Notes: generated by a model from the letters alone, not told the origin. 64,000 nucleotides of DNA from Desulfatiglandales bacterium (GCA_963662465.1 OY759599.1:32001-96000), one strand, 5' to 3'; numbered from the stretch's first letter, positions 30,676 to 41,775 are shown. Program-made: numbers and translations.

Positions 30676-31860
30676 GTGATAGAAGATAGAAGGGGGTGTG
30701 TTTTGAAAATTGCGAGAGAGTTAAAGGAATTCCCTAAACTGAACTTCGGAAAAGTTGCGCAGAGTAAGGTTGAGAGTGGAGAGAAACTGATTTCTTTAGG
30801 CTTGGGGGAACCCTGCTTTTCAACACCTCCGGAAATTGTAGAAGCAACAGTTGATGCGCTTCGCGAGGGATATACCCGCTACTGCAACTGGCTTGGCCTT
30901 CCGGAGCTTCGCAAGCTGATTGCAAAAAAACTTCACGACGAGAACGGCATTGACGTGAGGCATGAAAATGTGGTGGTGACCGTCGGAGCCAAACAGGCAT
31001 TTCTGGTTGCCCTGCAATCTATTCTCCGGCCGGGCGACGAGGTGATCAATATCACGCCCTGCTTCCTTAGTTTCATTCCCGCCATAAAAATTGCGGAGCC
31101 GGATTGTGTTTTGCACAACATCGAGCTGTCGCGGGACGAGTTTTCTTTTGACATCGGGAAAATTCGGAAGACGATGAGCAAAAAGACCAAGGTGATTATC
31201 ATCAACACGCCGCATAATCCAACAGGCACGATGCTGACAGAAGATCAGGCAAAAGAGTTGGTAGCGATCATGCAGGAATATCCGGACTGCTACATTTTGT
31301 CAGATGAGATTTACGAATACCTCTCCTGGTCCGGAGCGAAGCACATCAGCCTGGGGTCATTTCCGGAAATCAAGGATCGGGTGTTCACCATGAATGGAAT
31401 GAGCAAATCATTTAGCATGACCGGCTGGCGCCTCGGATATTTGGCCGTTCCCTCGTCCTGCATGGATGCAGTTTCTCAAATCATGCAGCACTCGAATATG
31501 AATGTGACCACCTTCATCCAGAAGGGAGCATGCAAGGCGTTTGAAATCGACCGCCAGTTCCTCCACGATTACTGCACTATGCTGAAGTCTTCTGCGGAAT
31601 ATATCTACAATGAGCTGAAAGATACGCCGTTGAAAATGATTAGGCCAAAGGGGTCTTTCTTCTGCTTTGTCGATGTTTCCGCGACTGGAATGACTTCAGA
31701 TCAGTTTGCCACTGAGCTGTTGCGCGAAACCAATGTGGCTTTGAACCCCGGAATTCTATCCGGCAGTACATGGGATACGCATGTGCGAATTTCATATGCC
31801 GGTGATTTCGAGGAGATAAAAAAAGGAATTGCAGGCATGAAGAGGTTTTTGGACAAATGA
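30676..31860 (+). CDS. Class I/II PLP aminotransferase
   Basis: GLGEP, NTPHNPTG, SDEIY, SKSFSMTGWRLG. Confidence 0.92.
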   Translation: MIEDRRGCVLKIARELKEFPKLNFGKVAQSKVESGEKLISLGLGEPCFSTPPEIVEATVDALREGYTRYCNWLGLPELRKLIAKKLHDENGIDVRHENVVVTVGAKQAFLVALQSILRPGDEVINITPCFLSFIPAIKIAEPDCVLHNIELSRDEFSFDIGKIRKTMSKKTKVIIINTPHNPTGTMLTEDQAKELVAIMQEYPDCYILSDEIYEYLSWSGAKHISLGSFPEIKDRVFTMNGMSKSFSMTGWRLGYLAVPSSCMDAVSQIMQHSNMNVTTFIQKGACKAFEIDRQFLHDYCTMLKSSAEYIYNELKDTPLKMIRPKGSFFCFVDVSATGMTSDQFATELLRETNVALNPGILSGSTWDTHVRISYAGDFEEIKKGIAGMKRFLDK

Positions 31861-32849
31861 AACGGATTCTGGTCGCACAAAACCTGAAGGCGGAGGATCG
31901 CGAGACTCTGAATCGTCAGCTCGGCGGCCTGTATGAGATGGTCTTTCCGGAAGATTATTCTGATGAACTACTGGTGCTCAGAATTCCGGACGCGGATATC
32001 TGTATTGGAACCGTGCTGTCCGACCGGGTAATGGATGCTGCCCGCGATGGGCTGATTTTCCAGTCGATAGGTACGGGCGTGGATAAACTGAATTTACCAA
32101 AGGCTGCCGCGAAGAATATGACGGTCTGTAACTCGCATTCGCACTCCATTTATGTTGCCGAGTTTGCGGTGTCACTGCTTTTTTCGCTGGTTAAAAAAAT
32201 ACATTTGCATGACCGCATGATGAGAGAGGGCACCTGGTGGCGTCCTCAAGGTGGTGCGGATGATTTTCTTTATATATCCGATACGATTATTCGCCGGAAG
32301 ATTGGATTCCTGGGGTTTGGGCATATCGCACAGCATATCGCAAAAATGCTGAGGGGGTTCGATGTTAGTATCTGCGCGTTCAATCATTCACAGAAGATAC
32401 TTGTTGATGAATGCCCTGAAGTGGAGTTCCGGACTCGCGAGGAGGTTGTTGCGGAAAGTGACGTGGTTTTTGTTGTGCTTCCGCTGACCGATAAAACCAA
32501 TAATCTGATTGGTCGAAATGATTTCACAAGCGCGAAGAAGACGAGCCTTTGGGTTCATATATCGCGCGGGCCAGTCGTCTGTGAAAAAGATCTTTTTCAG
32601 GCGATTAAGGACAAAAAAATTGCTGGCATTGCTATTGATAACTGGTTTGGGGCGTGGTTACAGCAGGGCGATAAAAAATATCCATCCAGCTATCCTTTTC
32701 ACCAATGTGAAAATGTATTGCTTTCGCCATATCGGGCTATTTATGTGAACGGAATCTCACCGCACCTGACAGACGCGGTGTCGAATTTGAAGCAGTATGC
32801 CGAATCCGGTATTTTGAGAAATCTGGTTGATTTAAAAAAAGGATATTAA
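31857..32849 (+). CDS. D-2-hydroxyacid dehydrogenase family protein
   Basis: GTGVD, VAE, GFGHIA, LPLT..T, SRGPVV; the catalytic His position reads SPY. Confidence 0.82.
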   Translation: MKRILVAQNLKAEDRETLNRQLGGLYEMVFPEDYSDELLVLRIPDADICIGTVLSDRVMDAARDGLIFQSIGTGVDKLNLPKAAAKNMTVCNSHSHSIYVAEFAVSLLFSLVKKIHLHDRMMREGTWWRPQGGADDFLYISDTIIRRKIGFLGFGHIAQHIAKMLRGFDVSICAFNHSQKILVDECPEVEFRTREEVVAESDVVFVVLPLTDKTNNLIGRNDFTSAKKTSLWVHISRGPVVCEKDLFQAIKDKKIAGIAIDNWFGAWLQQGDKKYPSSYPFHQCENVLLSPYRAIYVNGISPHLTDAVSNLKQYAESGILRNLVDLKKGY

Positions 32850-33039
32850 TGCCATTATATCCGACATATTCCGGAAAGCTCTCGGTTCGACTGAGTTGTT
32901 CGAAAATGGTGAAATGCAGGTAAAAAGCAAAGTCCTTTTCTGGCACACAGGCGGGGTGATTAATCTTGTGGATCCACTTTCGTAAAGAATTTTGTATCAT
33001 TATAGCCACCGCCTTTGATTTTTGCAGGAAAACAAACAA

Positions 33040-34056
33040 ATGAACATCCTTCTCACCTCGTCCGGAAGACGGACATACATCGTTGAATACATGAAACAGG
33101 CCCTAAATGGGAAAGGGCTTGTTCATGCGGCAAACAGTGAGTTTTCCATAGCGATGCAGGTTGCTGACAAATCCGTGTGCACGCCCATGATTTTTGATGC
33201 CGGATATCTGGATTTTCTATTGGCGTATTGCCAGGCAAATCAAATAGGGGCAGTGATGTCGCTTTTTGATATTGATCTGCCCGTGCTTGCCGGGGCAAAG
33301 AAACGTTTTGCCGAAAAAGGCATCCAGATCGTTGTTTCCGACCATTCAGTGACCCGGATCTGTAATGATAAATACCAGACATATACATTTTTGCAGGAAA
33401 ACAATTTCAATGCGCCTTTTACATTTATCAAGTTGAACGATGTGAGACAGGCCATTCATGCCGAATCAATTCATTACCCTGTCATTGTCAAGCCCAGGTG
33501 GGGAATGGGATCAATCGGCATTTATCAGGCAGATAATGACAAAGAGCTGGATATTTTTTATGCCAAAGTAAAAAAAGATATCCAGCGCTCATATTTGAAA
33601 TATGAATCTACCGATGACCATGACCATTGTGTAATTGTTCAGGAAAAACTGGAAGGGCAGGAATTTGGCATTGATGTGCTCAATGACCTTGACGACAATT
33701 TTGCCGGCCTTGTTCCCAAAAAAAAGATTGCCATGCGGTCCGGAGAAACAGATTCCGCCGAAGTGATAGACCATGCCGGTTTGGCCAAGGTTGGGCAGGC
33801 ACTTGCAGCAACGTTGAAGCATTGCGGTAATTTGGATGTTGATTGCTTTGAAAAGGATGGCAAAGTGTATGTTCTGGAAATGAACTGCCGCTTTGGCGGG
33901 CAGTATCCATTTTCACACCTGGCCGGTGTAAACTACCCGGCGGCTATCGTCAGTTGGTTGAGAGGTGAAACGCCTTTGCAAGATTGTTTTTCGTATAAAG
34001 TCGGGACCAGAGGGATTAAGGATATTTTGCCAAGGGTTCTGTTGAATCCGTCTTGA
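33040..34056 (+). CDS. ATP-grasp protein
   Basis: MNILLTSSGRR, VKPRWGMGS, MRSGETD, EMNCRFGG. Confidence 0.88.
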   Translation: MNILLTSSGRRTYIVEYMKQALNGKGLVHAANSEFSIAMQVADKSVCTPMIFDAGYLDFLLAYCQANQIGAVMSLFDIDLPVLAGAKKRFAEKGIQIVVSDHSVTRICNDKYQTYTFLQENNFNAPFTFIKLNDVRQAIHAESIHYPVIVKPRWGMGSIGIYQADNDKELDIFYAKVKKDIQRSYLKYESTDDHDHCVIVQEKLEGQEFGIDVLNDLDDNFAGLVPKKKIAMRSGETDSAEVIDHAGLAKVGQALAATLKHCGNLDVDCFEKDGKVYVLEMNCRFGGQYPFSHLAGVNYPAAIVSWLRGETPLQDCFSYKVGTRGIKDILPRVLLNPS

Positions 34057-34075
34057 CATGAAAAGGAGGCCATCC

Positions 34076-34601
34076 ATGAAAAAATCCTCAGCATTGATGG
34101 CGGCGGCATCCGGGGTCTGATTCCGGCCCTGGTTCCCGTTGGCGGGGCTACCCGAGCGTTGATCGACGGCGGGGTGTTCATCAAGTCCCCGTCTGTGGCG
34201 GCGTATGCAGAAGCCAAAAAGATATTTCCCGAAGAGAGCGAATTTTTTGTGCTGTCCCTGGGAACATAGGAGCTGATCCGGCCCATCGCTTAGCCGAAGC
34301 CAAGGACTGGGGCAAGGCCGGCTGGCTGGCGCCGCTGCTGAGATGTATGTTTGACGGGGCCGCAGATGCGGCCAACTACCAGATGAAAATATTTCTGGGC
34401 TCCCGGTATGTCCGGATGCAAACCAGCTTGGCCGTGGCATCAGATAACATGGATAATGCCACCCACGGCAATGTGGAAAACCTCAAAGCTGAAGCCGGAA
34501 AGCTGATTCAGACCCATAAGGCGGAGATGGAAACAGTGTGTGAGCTTTTGCAGGAGATCCGGGAAGTTAACCCAACACCCAAAACCCAAAAATCCCTTTA
34601 A
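34076..34601 (+). pseudogene. Patatin-like phospholipase with an internal deletion and stops
   Basis: ILSIDGGGIRG followed closely by LIDGGV; GTSTG is missing; in-frame stops. Confidence 0.8.
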
Positions 34602-34617
34602 ACCAGGCTTAACCCCA

Positions 34618-36147
34618 GTGACGAAAGACAATGTCCTGATTTTTAAAAACAGCGCCATCATGTATGTGCGGCTCGTCCTTACTTCCATCATCGGGCTGGT
34701 TGCATCCCGTTTTGTCATCCAGAACCTGGGCGTATCGGACTATGGATTGTACAGTGTGGTTGGCGGCATTGTGGTGATGCTGGCATTTCTCAACACGGTG
34801 ATGGTTTCAACCACATATCGGTATATCGCTTTTGAGATGGGAAAAAACGGGACAGATGGAATCAGGAAAGTGTTCAACATCAGCCTGGTCATACATTTGG
34901 GTCTGGCGTTTCTGGTTCTCATCCTGGCTGAAACAGCTGGTGTTTTTTATATTAACAATTACCTGAATGTCGAACCGGGGAAGGTTCCGGACGCGCTGTT
35001 TGTCATGAGGTTTTCCGCGCTGGCCACATCTTTTTCTGTGGCCAGCATTCCCTACCAGGGATTGGTCACGGCCCAGGAAAAGTTCGGGGTCAGGGCAACC
35101 ATCGAAATTATCAGGAGTGTATTGGCTTTTCTGGCCGCACTGGTCATTGTTTATTCTGATGACAAACTTCGCTTGTATGCCATTTTGATCGCCATTGCCA
35201 CTGGAACCCCCTCATGGCTGTTTTTCTCCTATTGCAAAAAAAAATATAGAGATATTACCCAGTGGCAGTTGCAAAAAGAATTCTCCAAATACAGGGAAAT
35301 GCTGGGGTATTCCGTATGGATAATGATTGGTGCCGCTGCTGCAGTGGGTAAGATACAGGGATCGGCGCTGATCATCAACGCTTTTTTCGGTACGGTTTTA
35401 AACGCAGGTTTTGGTATTGCCAAACAGGTAAACGGTGTCGTCCTGATGTTTTCCAGAAACCTGGGACAGGCTGCCATACCGCAGATTACAAAGAGTTTCA
35501 GCAGCGGCAATACCGGTAGATCCATTTCTCTGGCTTGTTACATATCCAAATATACCTGTTTTTTAATGCTGCTCCCTTCCCTGCCGATCCTGTTGGAAAC
35601 CCATTTTTTGTTGCAGGCATGGCTTGGCACGGTACCACCTTACACGGTGATATTCTGTCAGCTCATGATTGTAGATGCGTTGATCGCCAGCCTCAATGCA
35701 GGGATTCCGGCAGTGGTGCAGGCAACCGGTAAAATTAAATATTTCCAGATAATTTTAAGTACTACATCGCTGATGAGCTTACCGATTGCGTATCTGCTGT
35801 TCAAGGCAGGATACCCCCCGTATTCAATTCAGTTTGCCTTTATTTCAACGGCACTGATTAATGTTGTTGTCCGGCAGGTTTTATTGAAAAAACTCATTGA
35901 TTTTGATGTAATACATTTCATGAAAACATCCTATTTAAAGGTGTTTTATGTGGTAATGCTCGTGCTGCCCCTGTTTTTTATCAGGGATATATTTTCTCCT
36001 GGTGCCGCACGTTTTTTTCTTGTTTCCTTTTTTTCAGTGTGCTGGCTTGTCGCTGTGATTTATCTGACAGGAATAGAAAAAAAAGAAAAAGCATTTGCCA
36101 CTGAAATCATCAGCAAAATTTTAATAAAGACGAAAATGTATGGATGA
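34618..36147 (+). CDS. wzx: Polysaccharide flippase
   Basis: Multi-TM; LG.SDYGLYSVVGG, PQITKS. Confidence 0.88.
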   Translation: MTKDNVLIFKNSAIMYVRLVLTSIIGLVASRFVIQNLGVSDYGLYSVVGGIVVMLAFLNTVMVSTTYRYIAFEMGKNGTDGIRKVFNISLVIHLGLAFLVLILAETAGVFYINNYLNVEPGKVPDALFVMRFSALATSFSVASIPYQGLVTAQEKFGVRATIEIIRSVLAFLAALVIVYSDDKLRLYAILIAIATGTPSWLFFSYCKKKYRDITQWQLQKEFSKYREMLGYSVWIMIGAAAAVGKIQGSALIINAFFGTVLNAGFGIAKQVNGVVLMFSRNLGQAAIPQITKSFSSGNTGRSISLACYISKYTCFLMLLPSLPILLETHFLLQAWLGTVPPYTVIFCQLMIVDALIASLNAGIPAVVQATGKIKYFQIILSTTSLMSLPIAYLLFKAGYPPYSIQFAFISTALINVVVRQVLLKKLIDFDVIHFMKTSYLKVFYVVMLVLPLFFIRDIFSPGAARFFLVSFFSVCWLVAVIYLTGIEKKEKAFATEIISKILIKTKMYG

Positions 36148-37096
36148 TTTTGCTCCTGTTTTGATCGCAACACTGAATCGGTATGTGCATTTTAAAAGAT
36201 GTGTGGAATCATTATCAAACTGTACCCATGCGGAAAAGACAGATCTTTTCATTGCCTTGGATTATCCGTTAAGTGAATCCCATTGGGAAGGGTATGAAAA
36301 AATAAAGGCGTACATTCCCCGGATAACTGGATTTAAGTCGATTCAAATCATTGAAAGACAGAAAAATTTTGGTGCGAGAGAAAACAAACAAGATGCCAGA
36401 AAAATGATTTTTGAAACTTATGACCGGATGATTGTTTCTGAAGATGATAATGAGTTTTCCTATGATTTTTTAAATTTTGTGAACCAGGGGCTTGAAGTAT
36501 ATAAAGATCGGATGGATATTTATTCAGTTTGCGGGTACCAATTTCCAGTTGTGTTTCCAAAAAGCTATAAAAAAGACATCTATATTTGGCAAGGTTTTTC
36601 AGCATGGGGCGTTGGCATCTGGAGAGAAAAAGCTCTGAGAGTCGATCCGAATCAAGAAACCATATTATCTAATACTAGAAATTTTTTAAATAACTATGGA
36701 GAAGTTTATAGGCATTTTAAAGTGGCAAATCATTTTATTGGAAACAAGATGAAAATGGCACAAAAAAATGAAATTTATGGCGATGCATATCTCTCATGGT
36801 ATTTAATCAGCAATAATATGTATTCCGTCTTTCCTGTTGTCAGTCGGGTTCGAAATAGCGGTCATGACGGGAGTGGATTACATTGCGGGTACATGAAAGA
36901 AAACCCTTATAAAGATCAAATTCTTTATATAGGATCGGATGATTATAGTCTAGATGCAAATATACAGCCCCATCCCATTCCAAACAAATTCCTATATGAT
37001 TTTTTTAAATTGAATTTTAGGAAAAGGGTGAAGTTATTTATAAAATTTATATTATATCATTTTGATTTGAAGGTCAAAATCAAGAAAATATGTTAG
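36140..37096 (+). CDS. Glycosyltransferase (GT-A fold)
   Basis: APV...NR..H, VSEDD, WG.G.W, VRN.GHDGSG.HC. Confidence 0.8.
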   Translation: MDDFAPVLIATLNRYVHFKRCVESLSNCTHAEKTDLFIALDYPLSESHWEGYEKIKAYIPRITGFKSIQIIERQKNFGARENKQDARKMIFETYDRMIVSEDDNEFSYDFLNFVNQGLEVYKDRMDIYSVCGYQFPVVFPKSYKKDIYIWQGFSAWGVGIWREKALRVDPNQETILSNTRNFLNNYGEVYRHFKVANHFIGNKMKMAQKNEIYGDAYLSWYLISNNMYSVFPVVSRVRNSGHDGSGLHCGYMKENPYKDQILYIGSDDYSLDANIQPHPIPNKFLYDFFKLNFRKRVKLFIKFILYHFDLKVKIKKIC

Positions 37097-37119
37097 CTAA
37101 GAATTAGGGAATTATTTTT

Positions 37120-38040
37120 ATGGGTAAAATTTTATCGCCAGTTACTAAGAAAGATCATGTAAAGCATCTGAGGACAATCAATATTGATTGGATCGTTGAA
37201 CAGTGGAAAGGAAAATTTGATTATGATGTAAGATACCTTTTTAACGGCCTCGATTCCTTAGAACTATTTCAATGTGTTGATACAGGATATTCTTTTTATT
37301 ATCCGGCTGTAATGGGTGACGCAGCTTTTTATAAGCATTGTCAAACAAAAAGTTTTTACTATATGCCATGGAAATGGGAGCATGAGCAAGCCGTCGGTTT
37401 TTTAACTGACAATATTTCTATTATAGAGATTGGTTGTGCTGAAGGTCATTTTTTGGAAAAATTAACAACGCTTTTTAATTTGCGGCAATGCGTGGGTCTT
37501 GAAATGAACATTGCAGCACTAGAAAAAGCCAGAGAAAAAGGACTGAACGTCCATAGTGAAATTTTGGAAGAGCATGCCCAAAATAATAAAAATAAATATG
37601 ATGTTTTATGCAGTTTTCAAACACTTGAGCATATAGCTGATGTTCATTCTTTTATTGAACACAGCCTTTCTTGTCTTAAAAAAAATGGAAAGTTGATCAT
37701 AAGTGTTCCGAACAATCAATCTTTTATTTCCGAAACAGACCAGATTTTGAATATGCCCCCTCACCATGTGGGCCTGTGGGACCAAAAATCGCTTCAATCA
37801 ATTGTAAGTATATTCAATTTAAGGTTTGATGTGATTTTGTTTGAACCGATTCAAAAATATCATGTAGAGTTTTTTAAAAGAACAGTGTATCGAAAAGTGA
37901 TTGGAAAAAAGTTTGATAATCGATTGGTTCGAAAATTTTACAGAGAACTGTTTTTGAAACCTTTTGTTGATAAATATATTGAATACTGCCAAAAATGGAT
38001 TCCAGGACATACTGTTCTTGCAGTGTATTCAAAAATATAA
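37120..38040 (+). CDS. Class I SAM-dependent methyltransferase
   Basis: EIGCAEG, FQTLEH, ISVPN, PPHH. Confidence 0.88.
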   Translation: MGKILSPVTKKDHVKHLRTINIDWIVEQWKGKFDYDVRYLFNGLDSLELFQCVDTGYSFYYPAVMGDAAFYKHCQTKSFYYMPWKWEHEQAVGFLTDNISIIEIGCAEGHFLEKLTTLFNLRQCVGLEMNIAALEKAREKGLNVHSEILEEHAQNNKNKYDVLCSFQTLEHIADVHSFIEHSLSCLKKNGKLIISVPNNQSFISETDQILNMPPHHVGLWDQKSLQSIVSIFNLRFDVILFEPIQKYHVEFFKRTVYRKVIGKKFDNRLVRKFYRELFLKPFVDKYIEYCQKWIPGHTVLAVYSKI

Positions 38041-38057
38041 TGTTTAATTTTAGATAA

Positions 38058-39335
38058 TTGGAAAGCATGATGAAAGTCCTCTGGTTTTCAAACACTCCAG
38101 CCAATAGTGATGAATATTTCAATAATGAACTTGCAGAGACAGGCGGCTGGATTAAATCTTTAGACAAGGCAATCCAGAATAAAGTTGATCTTCACATAGC
38201 TTTTTATCACAAAAATAAAATCGCCGATTTCCGGTATAAGAATGCACAGTACTATCCCATCCTAAAATACAAGAATTTCTTTGGCATATTAAAAAAAAGG
38301 CTTTTTAGCACGACGATTGATAGTGAGCATCGATCTCTTTATTTGAATTTGATTCAAAAAATACGACCCGATATTATCCATATCCATGGAACGGAAAGTC
38401 CATTTGGGTGTATCATAGAGCATACTGATATCCCGGTTGTTGTGTCCATTCAGGGCAATATCACGGTTTACCTGCATAAATTTTGCTCTGGTATTGAGAA
38501 GACATATTTGAGAGTAAGAAATTTTGATGTCGCAAATTATAAAACTTTTTTTTACCCCCCTGCTTTTAAAAATAGTAGAAATAGGTTTGTCAGAATGCAG
38601 AAACGGGAGGAAAGAAACCTTAGAAACTGCAAAAACATAATCGGGAGAACTGCTTGGGACAGGCGCATCAGCCGTATTTTGGCATCTGAAAGAAAATATT
38701 TTCATAATGATGAAATTCTCCGTGATGGTTTTTATCGTGCGGAGTGGAAGCCAAAAGAACGAAAAAATTTGATTTTACATACGACAAACAGCAACAATTT
38801 TTATAAAGGGTTTGAGACGCTTTGTATGTGTATATATGAGCTGCAAAAATTGGGCGTCGATGTTGAATGGCGGGTGGCCGGCATCAATAGCAATGATTTG
38901 ATTGTCAAAATCGTTAAAAGAATGTTGAAGGATAAATTTCCTCACAAAAGTTTGACATTGCTGGGACGCCTGACTGCAAGTGATTTGATCGAAAACCTAT
39001 TGGAAGCTGATATTTACATCATGCCCTCCCATATTGAGAACAGCCCGAACAATCTTTGCGAGGCCATGATTTTGGGCATGCCCTGTGTTGCAACATTTGC
39101 AGGCGGAACTGGTTCGCTTCTAAATGATGGACATGAAGGAATCCTTATCCAGGACGGTGACCCTTGGGCGATGGCTGGAGCTATTTTGGAGATGAAAGAA
39201 GATTTTAAAAAGGCTGTCATGATGGGTGGTAATGCTCGCGAAAGAGCTTTACAACGGCATGATAAAGACAAAATTGCCAAAGAACTGGTAAAAATATACT
39301 CAAATATTCTGTTTATCCATGCAAATAAAAGATAA
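38058..39335 (+). CDS. Glycosyltransferase family 4
   Basis: IHIHGTE, KG, PSHIENSPN.LCEAM. Confidence 0.9.
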   Translation: MESMMKVLWFSNTPANSDEYFNNELAETGGWIKSLDKAIQNKVDLHIAFYHKNKIADFRYKNAQYYPILKYKNFFGILKKRLFSTTIDSEHRSLYLNLIQKIRPDIIHIHGTESPFGCIIEHTDIPVVVSIQGNITVYLHKFCSGIEKTYLRVRNFDVANYKTFFYPPAFKNSRNRFVRMQKREERNLRNCKNIIGRTAWDRRISRILASERKYFHNDEILRDGFYRAEWKPKERKNLILHTTNSNNFYKGFETLCMCIYELQKLGVDVEWRVAGINSNDLIVKIVKRMLKDKFPHKSLTLLGRLTASDLIENLLEADIYIMPSHIENSPNNLCEAMILGMPCVATFAGGTGSLLNDGHEGILIQDGDPWAMAGAILEMKEDFKKAVMMGGNARERALQRHDKDKIAKELVKIYSNILFIHANKR

Positions 39336-39350
39336 AAGGTTTAATTAAAA

Positions 39351-39490
39351 TTGATTAATACTACTGTATCATATAGTAAAAATCAGCCATATAATCAAGG
39401 ATATCAAATTCAATTTGTATGTGGAGTTCTATTTATTATTAATCCGTTGTTAAATATTTTCATATTAACGTCATTAATTCTGGCTCAACC
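39351..39490 (+). pseudogene. 5' fragment of a divergent wzy allele
   Basis: MINTTVSYSK...YQIQFVCGVLFIINP versus MTNYSLSYTK...YQLQILCAFLFIINP at 40291. Confidence 0.7.
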
Positions 39491-39692
39491 GGAACTGGTG
39501 TGATGCCGATCCCCGTCAACTGGAATCAATGTGGTCAATAAAATCAATCTGTTACGCAAACTATTGTAAGATATCAATATCTTAACAATGTTATTAAGAG
39601 TAAAAAAATGAGCACTTTTTGATTTTAGCGTAACTACCTGTAAAAGAACGAGAAAATAGCAAAAAGACAGTCATTTTACCACAGCGGTTCCG
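39489..39692. mobile_element. MITE-like element
   Basis: Imperfect IRs CCGGAACTGGTGTG / CACAGCGGTTCCGG; no ORF. Confidence 0.55.
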
Positions 39693-39734
39693 GTTTTGAC
39701 CCTTAATTCTCTACGAAAAAGAAACAAATGAAAG

Positions 39735-40200
39735 GTTGTTACCTTATGGCACTGTCGAAACGGGTGATAATGGAAAACTTATCCAGTTGACAGCGAAACC
39801 GGAGGTTACCTTTAAAATCAATAGCGGCATGTACATTTTGGAGCCGCGCTTATTGTACGAAATTCCAGAAAATAGGTTTTTTCGCAATACCGCAAAACTC
39901 ACCTTTTAAAGTCATATTTAATGAAATAGGCATATTTATTGCTTATCATAACATATGATTGTTTTTTAATGGGTTATAGCATGTGAAAATGGATGCCAAC
40001 TCTTTATTTTACCATGAAAAACTGGTTTGTAGGTGAGTTTTGCGGTGCTGCGTTTTTTCACATTACTCAATTAATTGCGAATGTAAACTCAAGAGGTGGT
40101 CGGGTTGGCGTATTTCCAGTGAGTGAGAGATCATGGAAGGATGTTGGCAACTGGGGAGGATATCTTAAGATGCTTAAGATAGGGGTTTTAGCTAAGGGAC
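39735..40200 (+). pseudogene. C-terminal fragment of a sugar-phosphate nucleotidyltransferase, split by a MITE
   Basis: YGTVE...KPE..F.INSGMYILEP...FF | FHITQLI....VGVFPVSE.SW.DVG.W. Confidence 0.7.
39885..40050. mobile_element. 166-bp MITE
   Basis: IRs CAATACCGCAAAACTCACCT / AGGTGAGTTTTGCGGTGCTG, flanked by GTTTTTTC-like repeats. Confidence 0.7.
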
Positions 40201-40290
40201 AATAAAGACAAAATTGCCAATGAACTGGTAAAAACATACTCAGATATTCTGGCCACCCGTGTAAATGGAATATAAAAGGTTTTATTAAAA

Positions 40291-41535
40291 TTGACTAATT
40301 ATAGCCTATCATATACTAAAAGTTCGCACTATTTGAAATTCTACCAACTTCAAATATTATGCGCGTTTTTATTTATTATCAATCCTATATTTAGCATTTT
40401 TATTTTAGCGTTATTCATCATTCACCAAAAAGCAACAAATGAAGAATTGTTATATTCTTTATATGTCTTGATATCGCTTTATCTCGGACTAATAAATTCA
40501 ACTAGAACTCCCTTAGTTGATTTACGAAACTATGAAATTTCCTTCGAACGCGCATCATACTTAAATATTTTTGATTTTCTGTATTATTATCCTAAAGACC
40601 CAATATTTTACATTGTAACTTTTTTGTGCAATAAAATCTTTTTTGCCAACTTTAAATTATATGTCATTTTTATTACTTTTTGCCAATATTATCTGATGTT
40701 CCTTGCAATTCATAAATATTGGAAAAATAATGACAAAAGCTTATTACTTTTTGCAGTGCTAATTTTCTCAATTTTTAGCAGATTTTTCTTTGCATCTGCT
40801 TACTTAATAAGACAAATGTTAGCTGGAAGTGTTTTTATCTATTTCTTTGTCACAAAAATAGTCGAAAAAAAAACATATTGGTGGCTAATTCCAATTGGTT
40901 TTTTAATCCATTCATCTTCTATCATTTTGTATGTTTTGAGTTTTATCCCTCGATTAGAACATAAGCTTACAATTCGAAACGGAGTTTATTTATTGTTCCT
41001 TGGAATTAGTGTTGTATTTTTAGGTAGATATATGCTAATTTTTTTGGATAGCTTAACAAAAGGGATAAATTATTTGAACTATCCAATTCAAAGAATTGCT
41101 TCATTAGGGTCAACGGATCTTACCTCGTGGTATGATGGCTCCAGTGCAAATAGCAGTAGGTATTTCTATTATGTTCAATTACTTCCAGTTATAGCTTTTG
41201 CAAATGTTTACTTGAAAGGGAGACTTGATACCTATGCTTTCTTAAATTTATCCCTCATACTTATTTTTGCTTGTGAATTATTATTTTTTAGTAATTATTT
41301 ATACATACAATTGCGATTTATGTATTATTTGGCTTTTGTAATTCCTTTTGTTTATCCTTATTTGTTTTTCAAGAATAGATTGTATAGTGATATTGCAGTA
41401 AAAACATTAGGCATGACGTTTATAATTGTTTGGTTTATTCATCGATTGATAATGGGCTTCAATATCGAAGGAATTGGGTTTGCACCAATTGGTGAAATTA
41501 TTGCATATCCGGTTCCGATGTATTTCATGAATTAA
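40291..41535 (+). CDS. wzy: EpsG-like polysaccharide polymerase
   Basis: Low-GC multi-TM protein; D..NY, LIRQ.LA, HSS. Confidence 0.8.
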   Translation: MTNYSLSYTKSSHYLKFYQLQILCAFLFIINPIFSIFILALFIIHQKATNEELLYSLYVLISLYLGLINSTRTPLVDLRNYEISFERASYLNIFDFLYYYPKDPIFYIVTFLCNKIFFANFKLYVIFITFCQYYLMFLAIHKYWKNNDKSLLLFAVLIFSIFSRFFFASAYLIRQMLAGSVFIYFFVTKIVEKKTYWWLIPIGFLIHSSSIILYVLSFIPRLEHKLTIRNGVYLLFLGISVVFLGRYMLIFLDSLTKGINYLNYPIQRIASLGSTDLTSWYDGSSANSSRYFYYVQLLPVIAFANVYLKGRLDTYAFLNLSLILIFACELLFFSNYLYIQLRFMYYLAFVIPFVYPYLFFKNRLYSDIAVKTLGMTFIIVWFIHRLIMGFNIEGIGFAPIGEIIAYPVPMYFMN

Positions 41536-41599
41536 ATTTAATATCAAAGAAGCTTTTCATAATTAGACAACGACTTCCGCTACGCTTTGTAAACTCTGA

Positions 41600-41775
41600 A
41601 GGAGAACGTGTCACTTTTTACACCTGAAATTCTTAAAAAATTCAACCATATTACCGTTAATTACGGACATGAAATTGTTGGGATGAAGCCTGATGAAAAG
41701 CTCAATGCAAGCTGTGATTCTTTTGTCTTTGAAACGGATGTTCACTACCCGACAGACACCAATCTCTTAGAAGGA
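41600..41775 (+). pseudogene. ISNCY-type transposase fragment
   Basis: ENVSLFTPE...CDSFVFETDVHYPTD.NLL. Confidence 0.65.

Noticed and set aside
34076..34601. CBASS patatin effector
   Set aside because: There is no adjacent cyclase, and the gene is deleted and contains stops.
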